60,533 bases of DNA from an uncultured Thermoanaerobaculia bacterium (GCA_964591165.1 CAZPZW010000003.1:1-60533), one strand, 5' to 3'. Shown: positions 1-8,509, counted from the stretch's first letter. A program made the numbers and translations. The notes: generated by a model not told the origin, from the sequence alone.

Positions 1-313
1 TGGCTTTCCTGTGCTCGGCCTCAGAGGCCGCTCTGCAGGGAGATCCGACCGACCGTGCCCCCACCCCTGGGAGGTCGGCGTTCCCCCACCCTTTCCCACC
101 CTTGGCTTCTCCCTGGGGGAGAGGCCGTCGGGGGAAGGCGGAGGAGACGCGAGGCGCCTCGCAAAGCGTTGCGAGCCCGAGCGCGACGGAGCCTTCACCC
201 GACGGCCGCGGGTGGGGGAGCGAAGGCTACCGAGAAACCGAGAACCTCGCCGAAGAGAGATCCGACCGGCCGGGGGACGAACGCGACCGAACAACCGTGC
301 GCGCAGAGGAAAG

Positions 314-319
314 TAAGAT
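314..319 (+). promoter_or_regulatory. Candidate -10 box (TAAGAT) for tRNA-Leu, followed by a C-rich discriminator
   Basis: TAAGAT at 314-319, then CCCCCCA, then the tRNA 5' end at 327. No clear -35. Confidence 0.5.
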
Positions 320-326
320 CCCCCCA

Positions 327-412
327 GCCGGAGTGGCGGAACGGTAGACGCAGGGGACTTAAAATCCCCCGCCCGCGAGGGCCTGCAGGTTCGAGTCCTG
401 CCTCCGGCACCA
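327..412 (+). tRNA. trnL-UAA: tRNA-Leu, anticodon TAA, long variable arm, encoded CCA, no intron
   Basis: Acceptor stem GCCGGAG/CTCCGGC; D-arm TGGCGGAACGGTAGACGC; anticodon stem GGGGA/TCCCC with loop CT-TAA-AA (TAA at 360-362); T-loop GGTTCGAGTCC; discriminator A409; CCA at 410-412. Confidence 0.97.
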
Positions 413-508
413 GAGGAACTCCAAGGACACCGCGAGCGGAGGAGGACGAGGTCGGTTGCTCCTGGACGAGCAGCGCTCGAGCGCCCCGCGACGGGAGTCG
501 TTGGGTTC

Positions 509-517
509 TGTTAAACT
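509..517 (+). promoter_or_regulatory. Candidate extended -10 promoter (TGn-TAAACT) for the cytochrome c pair
   Basis: TGT-TAAACT in a locally AT-richer spacer about 75 nt upstream of GTG593; SD GAGGAGG at 583-589. Confidence 0.45.
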
Positions 518-592
518 CCTGTTCAGACAAGCAGAAGAAGTTCGCGGTCAGGCCTACCCCAGTCTTCCGCGGGGGAACGGAAGAGGAGGATA

Positions 593-1723
593 GTGCTTCC
601 ATATATCGTCGATCGGTTCCACCGGTCCGGGTGTCGTGGGCTTCTCGCCGCGCTCGGTGGGTTGCTGGTCGCGCACTGCGTCGCACCCGCCCTGGCGGAT
701 CCCGGGACCGCGGCGGCGGCCACCCTCGCGGAGACCGGCCTTTACGCGGACCCGGCCACCAAGCTCCTCGCAGCCGGCGTCGAGCCCTTCTCGCCGCAGT
801 ACCCGCTGTGGTCGGACGGCGCGACCAAGCGGCGCTGGATCCTGCTGCCCGCGGGCACCGCCATCGATGCCTCCGATCCGGAGGCTTGGGTCTTTCCGGT
901 CGGCACGCGGATCTGGAAGGAGTTCGCCTTCAATCGTCGGATCGAGACGCGCTACATGGAGCGCACCGCGAGCGGCGAGTGGCTCTACGCGACCTACCGC
1001 TGGGACGAAGCGGAGACCGAGGCGCGGCTCGCCCCGGTGCGCGGCGTCAAGCGCGCCGCCGAGAGCCGGCCGGGCGTGCCGTACGCGCTGCCGAGCGTCG
1101 CCGACTGTCGCGCCTGCCACGAGAGCGGCGCCTCGGCCGTGCTCGGCTTCTCGGCGCTGCAGCTCTCGAGCGACCGCGACCCGCTGGCGCCGCACGCGAC
1201 GCCGCCCGAGCCGGGGTCGCTCGATCTGGACGGGCTGCTCCGGCGAGGTCTCGTCGTGGGCCTGCCGCCTACGATCGCCGCGCACGCCCCGCGAGTTCGC
1301 GCCGCGACCGCCACGGCCCGCGCCGCGCTCGGCTACTTGCACGGCAACTGCGCCCACTGCCACAACTCGCGGAGCCCGATCGCCAACCTCGGGCTCTTCC
1401 TCGACGTCAAGCTCGACGGGACCTGTGGGGCGCTGACCAGCGCCGTGGGTCACGAGAGCCAGTACCGGCCCACCGGGACCGCGATCGACTCGCGGATCGT
1501 GCCCGGGAACCCCGCGGCGAGCCTCTTGATCTCACGCCTCGCGAGTCGCGACGCGTCGCGACAGATGCCGCCGCTGGGAACCCGCCTGGTCGACGAGGAG
1601 GCGCTCGCCCTCCTCACCCGCTGGATCGCCGACGAGCTCACGCCCCAGTCCGTCGCGCCGGACGGGACCACCGCCACTTCCCTCGCTCCCGCGAGCGAGA
1701 TCGACCAGGAGATCGAACGATGA
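593..1723 (+). CDS. Exported diheme c-type cytochrome (SO2930/TIGR03806-like)
   Basis: Signal peptide; family motifs PQYPLWSDGATKRRW and FPVGTRIWKEF..IETR; two CxxCH (CRACH, CAHCH); C-terminal 'SLLISRL...QMPPLG' with a putative axial Met. Confidence 0.75.
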   Translation: MLPYIVDRFHRSGCRGLLAALGGLLVAHCVAPALADPGTAAAATLAETGLYADPATKLLAAGVEPFSPQYPLWSDGATKRRWILLPAGTAIDASDPEAWVFPVGTRIWKEFAFNRRIETRYMERTASGEWLYATYRWDEAETEARLAPVRGVKRAAESRPGVPYALPSVADCRACHESGASAVLGFSALQLSSDRDPLAPHATPPEPGSLDLDGLLRRGLVVGLPPTIAAHAPRVRAATATARAALGYLHGNCAHCHNSRSPIANLGLFLDVKLDGTCGALTSAVGHESQYRPTGTAIDSRIVPGNPAASLLISRLASRDASRQMPPLGTRLVDEEALALLTRWIADELTPQSVAPDGTTATSLAPASEIDQEIER

Positions 1724-2322
1724 GCAGGTACCGAATCGGAGGCGCCGTCGCCTGCGTCACCCTCGTGAGCGTTTTGGCCTTCCACGGCGCCGGCACAGCC
1801 GCTGCCGGCGCGGGCGAAAACGCTACGGCGAAGGCCGATCAGGCCAAGATCGAACGTGGCCGCTACCTCGTCACCCTCGGCGGCTGCAACGACTGCCACA
1901 CGCCGTGGAAGATGGGCGAGAACGGGCCCGAGCCCGACATGACCCGCATGCTCTCCGGCCATCCGCAGAACCTCGTGATGCCGCCGCTCCCCGCGCTCAC
2001 CCCCGGCCAGTGGGAGAGCGCCTCGTCGGCGAGCTTCACCGCTTGGGCCGGTCCCTGGGGCATCAGCTACACGCGAAATCTCACTCCCGACAAGGAGACC
2101 GGTCTCGGCAGTTGGACCGAGAAGGAGTTCATCGACACCCTGCGCAACGGCCGCCAGCGCGGCATCGGCCGCGAGCTCTTGCCGCCGATGCCGTGGCCGA
2201 ACTACGGCAAGGCGACCGACGAGGACCTCGCCGCGATCTTCGCCTACCTGCGCTCGATCCCGGCCGTCTCCAATCGCGTGCCCGACAACGTGGCTCCCGC
2301 TCCGCCGCCCGGCAAGCCATGA
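1720..2322 (+). CDS. Exported c-type cytochrome (one CxxCH; family often annotated 'diheme cytochrome c-553'), 200 aa
   Basis: ATG1720 overlaps the upstream TGA (ATGA), SD CAGGAG; signal peptide; RGRYLV..GGCNDCHTP, GPWG.SY..NLTPDKETGLG.W and LLPPMPW motifs. Confidence 0.85.
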   Translation: MSRYRIGGAVACVTLVSVLAFHGAGTAAAGAGENATAKADQAKIERGRYLVTLGGCNDCHTPWKMGENGPEPDMTRMLSGHPQNLVMPPLPALTPGQWESASSASFTAWAGPWGISYTRNLTPDKETGLGSWTEKEFIDTLRNGRQRGIGRELLPPMPWPNYGKATDEDLAAIFAYLRSIPAVSNRVPDNVAPAPPPGKP

Positions 2323-2385
2323 GCTGAGCGCTCTCGGTCGCACCGCGGCTTCCGCAGGGTCCGCGCAGTAGGACAAGATCCAGCG

Positions 2386-4380
2386 GTGCGACGACGACCT
2401 GAGAGAGCACGAGCGCGGAAGCGCCGGCTCGCGGACGAGGGAGCCGCTGCGCAGGCTGCCGCAGAGGCTGTACCCGGCTCGGCGGCTGCGCTCTGGAGGC
2501 CTGCGGCGATCGCCTTCGCCCTCGCGCTCGCGGTGCGTCTGCTGCACCTCTGGCAGCTCCGGCAGGCGCCCTTCTTCTCGCTGCTGGTCGGCGACGCGCG
2601 GGCGTACGACGCCTGGGCTCGGCGCCTCGCGGCCGGTGACTGGCTGGGCAGTGAGGTCTTCTACCAGGCGCCGCTCTATCCCTACCTGCTGGGCGTCTGG
2701 TACGCGCTCGTCGGCCCCGGGACGATGGGGGTGCGGCTCCTGCAAGCCCTGTGGGGCGCTCTCGCCTGTGCTCTGGTCACGCTGGCCGCGGGTCGGCTGT
2801 TCGGAAAGGCCGCGGGGCTCGCCGCGGGGCTCCTGCTGGCTCTGTACGCCCCGGCGATCTTCCTCGATGCGCTGCTGCAGAAGGCGGCGCTCGACGTCCT
2901 CCTCGTCGCCCTCCTCCTGCTGCTGGTCACCCTGCTGATCGAACGCGTCGGTGGGGCGCGCAGCTTCTGCACGGGCGCCGCGCTCGGGCTGCTCGCTCTG
3001 AGCCGGGAGAACGCGCTGGTTCTCCTACCGGTGCTCCTGATCTGGATCTGGTGGCGCAGCCGGCGAGCGTTCGCTCCGGTGCTGCTCTTCGTCGCCGGCG
3101 TCGCTGTCGTGCTCGTTCCGGTCGCGCTGCGCAATCGGGTGGTCGGCGGCGAGCTCCAGATCACCACCTCGCAGCTCGGCCCCAACCTCTACATCGGCAA
3201 CCACGAAGGCGCGACCGGCAGCTACGTTCCGCTGCGCCCGGGACGGGGCGACGCCAGCTTTGAACGAAACGACGCGGTCGAGCTCGCCGAAGCGGTGGCC
3301 GGACGGGAGCTCGCTCCCGCCGAAGTCTCTCGCTTCTGGCGCCAGCGCGCCCTGGCCTGGATCGCGGAGCACCCGGGCGCCTGGGCGAGGCTGCTGGGCC
3401 GCAAGCTCCTGCTCGCCTGCAACGCCGGCGAGGCGATGGACACGGAGGACCTCGCCACTCACGCCGAGTGGTCGCCGCCGCTGCGCTGGCTCGCGCGAAT
3501 CTCGCACTTCGGCCTGTTGGCGCCGTTCGCGGTCCTCGGCGTCTGGTGGACGCGCGCGCGCTGGCGCGACCTCGGGGTGCTGTACGCCGCGATCGTGGCC
3601 TACGCGACGAGCCTGGTGGCGTTCTACGTCGTCGCCCGGTATCGCTATCCCCTGGTGCCGATGTTGGCTCCGTTCGCGGGCCTGGCGCTGGTCGAGCTGC
3701 CCGGGAGATGGCGGCGCGGCCCGCGGAGCGAGCGGCTCCGGGCGATGGCGATCCTGAGTTTCGCGGCTCTGCTCACCAACTGGCCGCTCCTGCCGGAGGC
3801 GACGCTGCGGTCCGTCACCCACCTCAATTACGCGCAGGCCTTCCAGGCCGAAGGCCGGACTGCGCAGGCCGAGGCGGAGTATCGACGGGCCTTGGAGCTC
3901 GATCCGGCGAACGCCCACGCCCACACCAACCTCGGCGTCCTCGCCGCTGAGCGCGGCGAACGCGACGCAGCTCTGGGCCATTTCCGGGCCGCAGTGGCGA
4001 GCGCTCCCGAGGTGCTTCGCCACCACCTGAACCTGGGCGTCGAACTGGTGGTGCAGGGCAGGACCGCCGAGGCCATCGCGAGCTTCGAGCGGGCGCGCGC
4101 GCTCGACCCGCGAGACTCCGGCGTGTGCTTCAACCTCGGTGCGGCGCTGGCCGCCGAGGGCCGTGTCGAGGAGGCCGTGCGGCAGTTCGAGGAGGTGATC
4201 CGGCTGCAGCCTGGGAACGTCCACGCGCTCAACAACCTCGGCATCCTGCTCGCTTCGGCGGGACGGCCGGCGGAGGCGATCCCGCGCTTCGAGGCTGCGC
4301 TCCGGCTGCAGCCTGACTTCCGCGACGCGGCGTCCAACCTCGCCCGGGCCCGGGAGCTGGCCTCGAGCGCGCCGCCGTAG
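2386..4380 (+). CDS. GT-C fold glycosyltransferase (GT39/PMT-like, multi-TM) fused to C-terminal TPR repeats
   Basis: N-terminal TM followed by a DA..YD loop, FYQAPLYPYLLG, many hydrophobic segments, RYRYPLVP; about 5 TPR-like repeats (e.g. AEYRRALELDPANAHAHTNLG). Confidence 0.8.
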   Translation: MRRRPERARARKRRLADEGAAAQAAAEAVPGSAAALWRPAAIAFALALAVRLLHLWQLRQAPFFSLLVGDARAYDAWARRLAAGDWLGSEVFYQAPLYPYLLGVWYALVGPGTMGVRLLQALWGALACALVTLAAGRLFGKAAGLAAGLLLALYAPAIFLDALLQKAALDVLLVALLLLLVTLLIERVGGARSFCTGAALGLLALSRENALVLLPVLLIWIWWRSRRAFAPVLLFVAGVAVVLVPVALRNRVVGGELQITTSQLGPNLYIGNHEGATGSYVPLRPGRGDASFERNDAVELAEAVAGRELAPAEVSRFWRQRALAWIAEHPGAWARLLGRKLLLACNAGEAMDTEDLATHAEWSPPLRWLARISHFGLLAPFAVLGVWWTRARWRDLGVLYAAIVAYATSLVAFYVVARYRYPLVPMLAPFAGLALVELPGRWRRGPRSERLRAMAILSFAALLTNWPLLPEATLRSVTHLNYAQAFQAEGRTAQAEAEYRRALELDPANAHAHTNLGVLAAERGERDAALGHFRAAVASAPEVLRHHLNLGVELVVQGRTAEAIASFERARALDPRDSGVCFNLGAALAAEGRVEEAVRQFEEVIRLQPGNVHALNNLGILLASAGRPAEAIPRFEAALRLQPDFRDAASNLARARELASSAPP

Positions 4381-4555
4381 GGACCCGACCGAGCGCGACG
4401 AATCGCCAGCTAAGTCTCATGGAGCCAGAGGGTTCCTCGCGGTGAGCCGGCTTGATGGAGGCACTCTCGTGGCGACTCCTTGGGGTGCGAATGGGAAGCC
4501 GGCCAGCGCCCGAGGGGTGCCGCGAGCGCCTTGCGTTGACTTTCGCATCCTGGTC

Positions 4556-4561
4556 TATAGT
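4556..4561 (+). promoter_or_regulatory. Candidate -10 box (TATAGT) upstream of the secreted protein at 4674
   Basis: TATAGT at 4556-4561. TTGACT at 4536-4541 is only 14 nt away, so the -35 assignment is doubtful. Confidence 0.35.
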
Positions 4562-4673
4562 CCCCGCTCTAGATCGTCACCAGACGTGAAAATCCCGCGG
4601 ACCTCACCGTAGGGAGGGTGAGCGCCCGCGTTGCAGCTTCGCTTGCTGGTCAACGAACCGGGAGGCTCACGTC

Positions 4674-5813
4674 ATGAGAATCGCCAACGCAAGTCGCATC
4701 GCCCTCTTCGTCGCCGCTTCGACTCTGAGTACCGCCGCCTGGGGCGCTCTCGCGGTCACCCCGAAGGGTGCCGGCGGCGTCACCGCGCTCTCGATGGCCA
4801 ACGCACTGCTCAGCGCATCGTCGGGGATCACCATCAACAGCGCCTCCTACACCGGGGTCGACAACGCCTCGGGCCTCTTCACGGGCGGCACCGGGATCAT
4901 CGGATTCGAGAGCGGCGTCCTGCTGACCAGCGGCGCCGTGCATCACGTCCTGGGGCCGAACGACGACGAGGGAGCCGGCGAGGCCAACTTCGCGCCCGGG
5001 GACGCGCAACTCGAGGACGAGCTGCCGGGCTCGACGTCCTTCGATGCCTCCGTGCTGACCATCAACTTCACGCCGACGTCGGACCAGATTCGTTTCTCCT
5101 ACGTCTTCGCCTCCGAGGAGTACAACGAGTGGGTCGGCTCGGAGTTCAACGACATCTTCGCCTTCTTCATCGGGGGGACGAACTACGCGCTGATCGCCGG
5201 CACGAGCACCCCGGTGGCCATCAACAACGTCAACTGCGGCTACGGCACGGAGCCGCCGACCAACTGCCACCTCTACGTCGACAATACCGACGGCCATCTG
5301 AACACCCAGATGGACGGCCTGACGAAAGTGCTCACCTTCACCGCGCCGGTCAACCCCGGAGTGCCGAACACGATTCGCCTGGCCATCGCGGACATTTCCG
5401 ACCCGATCCTCGACTCGGCGGTCTTCCTCGCCGCGGGGACGTTCACCGGCAGCAGCGCCTGCGTGCCGGACGCGACGACGGCGTGTCTGCTCGGCGGCCG
5501 GTTCGAGGTCAAGGTCCGCTGGACGAACTACCAGCAGGTCACGAGCGACGCGCTCAAGGCTTCGGCGGGCACCTCCGACTCCCAGATCTTCTACTTCACC
5601 AACCCGAACAACTGGGAGTTCCTGATCAAGATCATCAACGGCTGCTCGCTGAACAGCCGCTACTGGGTCTATTTCGCCGCGGCGACCGACGTCGGGTACG
5701 TGGTCAGCGTACGGGACACGTCGAGCACGCTGCCGCCCAAGACCTACACCAATCCACTGGGAACGGCATCGCCGGCAGTCAACGACAGTAGCGCTTTCGC
5801 CACCTGCCCGTGA
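4674..5813 (+). CDS. Secreted choice-of-anchor L-like domain protein with a C-terminal Cys-bounded domain
   Basis: SD GGAGG; signal peptide; motifs FESGVLLTSG, FDASVLTINF, FSYVFASEEYNEWVGSEFNDIFAFF, INNVN, IRLAIADISD.ILDSAVFL; C-terminal CVPDATTACLLGGRF...AFATCP. Confidence 0.75.
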   Translation: MRIANASRIALFVAASTLSTAAWGALAVTPKGAGGVTALSMANALLSASSGITINSASYTGVDNASGLFTGGTGIIGFESGVLLTSGAVHHVLGPNDDEGAGEANFAPGDAQLEDELPGSTSFDASVLTINFTPTSDQIRFSYVFASEEYNEWVGSEFNDIFAFFIGGTNYALIAGTSTPVAINNVNCGYGTEPPTNCHLYVDNTDGHLNTQMDGLTKVLTFTAPVNPGVPNTIRLAIADISDPILDSAVFLAAGTFTGSSACVPDATTACLLGGRFEVKVRWTNYQQVTSDALKASAGTSDSQIFYFTNPNNWEFLIKIINGCSLNSRYWVYFAAATDVGYVVSVRDTSSTLPPKTYTNPLGTASPAVNDSSAFATCP

Positions 5814-5827
5814 GGCCGTCGGATCGC

Positions 5828-5854
5828 GAAGCGGGCGGCGACGCCGCCCGCTTC
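5828..5854 (+). terminator. 12-bp perfect hairpin between the secreted-protein gene and dnaB (probable terminator or pause site)
   Basis: GAAGCGGGCGGC-GAC-GCCGCCCGCTTC, 15 nt after the stop codon; no clear U-tract. Confidence 0.5.
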
Positions 5855-5888
5855 CGGGGGGTTTCGCCATAGGATAGTCGGCCTGGCG

Positions 5889-7244
5889 ATGCTCGAGCTC
5901 CTGCAGACCCCCAAGACCCTGCCGCAGAGCGAGGAGTCCGAGCGCGCCGTGCTGGCCGCGGCGCTGCTCGATCCGCGACTCCTCCCCACGGTGGCCGGGC
6001 GGCTGCGCCCTGAGGACTTCTACTCCGATCGCCATCGCAGGATCTACGCCGCCATGCTCGAGTTGCAGGACGAGCAGGTCGCGATCGATCTGCGGACGCT
6101 GCAGGCCAAGCTCGAGGCGCGGGCGGAGCTGGAGGGCGCCGGGGGGCTCTCGTACCTCGCCGGGCTGGACGTCGATCTGCCCGACCTCGGGCGCTTCGAG
6201 CACTACGTCGAGATCGTCAAGGAGCGTTCGGTCCGCCGGCGACTGATCGACGTCTGCCGGGACATCACCCGCGACTGCCTCGACGGCGGGGTGGACGCGC
6301 AACGCGCGCTCGATCGCGCCGAGCAAGCGGTCATGGCGCTCGGGGAGGAGGCGATCCAGCGCGGCTTCGTGCCGCTCTCGAAGATCGTCGAAGAGACCCT
6401 GGAGATGCTCGAGGAGCACCCGGGCACGGCGCTCATCGGTCTGCCGACCGGCTTCATCGATCTCGACCGGATGACCCATGGCCTCGGGAAGGGCGCGCTG
6501 ATCATCATCGCCGGCCGCCCCGGCATGGGCAAGACGAGCCTGGCGCTCAACATCGCGGCGCACGTCGCGATTCGCGAGAAGAAGACGGTCGGCGTGTTCT
6601 CGCTCGAGATGGGGCAGCAGGAGCTCGCGCTGCGCATCCTCTGCGCCGAGGCCGACATCCACTTCTCGCGCCTGCGCTCCGGGCACCTCTCGCAGCAGCA
6701 GTGGACCAAAGTCATCCAGACCATGTCGCGCATCGGCAAGGCGCCGCTCTACATCGACGACTCGGCTTCGCCGACTCTGCTCGAGGTGGCGTCGAAGGCG
6801 CGCCGCCTGCGCGCCGAGAAACAGCTCGACCTGCTGGTCATCGACTATCTGCAGTTGATGCAGGCCGGCGGGAAGTACGAGAACCGCAACCTCGAGATCT
6901 CGGCGATCACCCGCTCCTGCAAGCAGCTCGCGAAGGAGCTCGAGATCCCGGTCGTCCTGCTCTCGCAGCTCTCGCGCCAGCCCGAGCGGCGCGGCGCCGA
7001 CCATCGGCCGCAGCTCGCCGATCTGCGCGAGTCGGGCGCCATCGAGCAGGACGCCGACTTGGTGGCCTTCGTCTATCGCGACGAGATCTACAACAAGGAC
7101 GACCCAGGCAACAAGGGGCTCGCCGAGCTGATCATCGCCAAGCAGCGCAATGGCGAGACCGGCACGGTGCAGCTGGTCTTCGTGGGCGAGACGACCCGTT
7201 TCCTGAACTACGACCCCACCTACACCGAGGGCGGCGGTGGCTGA
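5889..7244 (+). CDS. dnaB: Replicative DNA helicase DnaB
   Basis: LPQSEESERAVLAA N-terminus, Walker A GRPGMGKT, FSLEM, VIDYLQL, LSQLSR, DLRESGAIEQDAD, IIAKQRNG. Confidence 0.98.
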   Translation: MLELLQTPKTLPQSEESERAVLAAALLDPRLLPTVAGRLRPEDFYSDRHRRIYAAMLELQDEQVAIDLRTLQAKLEARAELEGAGGLSYLAGLDVDLPDLGRFEHYVEIVKERSVRRRLIDVCRDITRDCLDGGVDAQRALDRAEQAVMALGEEAIQRGFVPLSKIVEETLEMLEEHPGTALIGLPTGFIDLDRMTHGLGKGALIIIAGRPGMGKTSLALNIAAHVAIREKKTVGVFSLEMGQQELALRILCAEADIHFSRLRSGHLSQQQWTKVIQTMSRIGKAPLYIDDSASPTLLEVASKARRLRAEKQLDLLVIDYLQLMQAGGKYENRNLEISAITRSCKQLAKELEIPVVLLSQLSRQPERRGADHRPQLADLRESGAIEQDADLVAFVYRDEIYNKDDPGNKGLAELIIAKQRNGETGTVQLVFVGETTRFLNYDPTYTEGGGG

Positions 7245-8415
7245 AGCGCCCGCCGCCGGCGTGCCGCCGCTGCGGCGCGCCTGGGTCGAGATCGATCTCG
7301 CCGCGCTCGCCAGGAACTACCACCGCCTCGTGGCGCGGGTCGCGCCCGCCCGCATCGTCGCGGTCGTGAAGGCCGACGCTTACGGCCATGGCGCGACGGC
7401 GGTGGCGCGCGCGCTCGAGCCCCTCGGCGTCGCGGCGTTCGCCGTGGCGCTCGCCGAAGAGGCCATCGAGCTGCGCCAGGCGGGGGTCGGGACGGCAATC
7501 CTGGTCTTGAGCCCGGTGCCCGAGGAGGCCTACGACTCGCTGGCGGAGCACCGGCTCACCCCTGCCGTGTCCGGGCTCGATCAACTGCGCTCGCTCGCTG
7601 GCTGGGCTGCAGCCACCGGTTGGCGCGGCGAGGTGCACCTCAAGTTCGACACCGGCATGACCCGCCTCGGCATCGAGCCGGAAGCGGCCGGCGAGGCGTT
7701 CGGAATCCTGCGCGCCCATCCGAGCCTGAGATTCGCCGGCGTTCTGTCCCACCTGGCAGAGGCCGAATCGCCCGAGTCCCCGGCGAACTCCCGCCAGCTC
7801 GATCGGTTTCTCGCCGTGCTGGCGCTGCTGCGCGCCGAGGAGCGTCGCCAGGTGGCGGTGCACCTGGCGAACAGCTCCGCGGCGCTCCACCTGCCGGCCT
7901 CCCACTTCGATCTCGTCCGGCTCGGACTCTCGCTCTACGGCTACGATCCCGCCGATCGCGCGGCCGTGGAGCTCGAGCCGGTGCTCGCCGTGCAGGCGGA
8001 GCTGGTTCAGGTGCGCGAGATCCCCGCCGGGACGCGCGCCGGTTACGGCGGCCGCTGGGTCGCCGATCGGTCGAGCCGGGTCGGAGTGGTGCCGGTCGGT
8101 TACGCCGACGGCTACTCCTGGCGGCTGGGCAATCGCGCCGAGGCCTTGGTGCGCTCGCGTCGCGTGCCGGTTGCCGGCAGCGTCTCGATGGACATGCTGC
8201 TGGTCGATCTGACCGACAGCGGCGGCGATGTCGGCGAGCGGGTCACCCTGCTCGGACGCCAGGACGGCGAGTCGGTCACGGCGCGCGAGCTGGCCGCCCG
8301 GGTGGGGACGGTGCCCTACCAGATGCTCTGTCTCTTCGGGCTCCGGCTTCCTCGGCGCGTGCTCTCCTCCGGCCAGGGCGCTGCGGGCGGAGACGTCGGG
8401 AAGGACCGCCGATGA
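7237..8415 (+). CDS. alr: Alanine racemase
   Basis: PLP-lysine motif AVVKADAYGHG, HLKFDTGMTRLG, HLANS, GYADG, GSVSMD; GTG start overlaps the dnaB end by 8 nt. Confidence 0.96.
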   Translation: MAEAPAAGVPPLRRAWVEIDLAALARNYHRLVARVAPARIVAVVKADAYGHGATAVARALEPLGVAAFAVALAEEAIELRQAGVGTAILVLSPVPEEAYDSLAEHRLTPAVSGLDQLRSLAGWAAATGWRGEVHLKFDTGMTRLGIEPEAAGEAFGILRAHPSLRFAGVLSHLAEAESPESPANSRQLDRFLAVLALLRAEERRQVAVHLANSSAALHLPASHFDLVRLGLSLYGYDPADRAAVELEPVLAVQAELVQVREIPAGTRAGYGGRWVADRSSRVGVVPVGYADGYSWRLGNRAEALVRSRRVPVAGSVSMDMLLVDLTDSGGDVGERVTLLGRQDGESVTARELAARVGTVPYQMLCLFGLRLPRRVLSSGQGAAGGDVGKDRR

Positions 8416-8509
8416 CCCGCGCCAGGTTCGGAATCTCCGGCGCTCCAGGCAGCTTGGCGCGCGGCTGCATTGGGCAACTCTCCACAGGCTCGGTGGGGAC
8501 GTCGTAGCC

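Noticed and set aside
327-412. Group I intron in tRNA-Leu(UAA), as in cyanobacteria
   Set aside because: The anticodon loop is contiguous and the gene is 86 nt.
4381-4673. Riboswitch (e.g. c-di-GMP-I) in the leader of the secreted protein
   Set aside because: A hairpin exists (CTCACC/GGTGAG, ~4603-4622) but I found no consensus aptamer motifs; GC-rich hairpins are expected by chance. An Rfam scan would settle it.
327-5813. Genomic island integrated at tRNA-Leu
   Set aside because: No integrase, no duplicated tRNA 3' end noticed, and no obvious compositional shift in the downstream genes. The att search was by eye only.
4650-7004. Long antisense or alternative-frame ORFs (e.g. 4650-7004, 18439-21582, 40408-42348, 43734-47006, 55119-57299)
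   Set aside because: They overlap motif-supported genes, are Arg/Gly/Ala/Pro-rich without recognisable motifs, and are the expected shadow ORFs of high-GC DNA.
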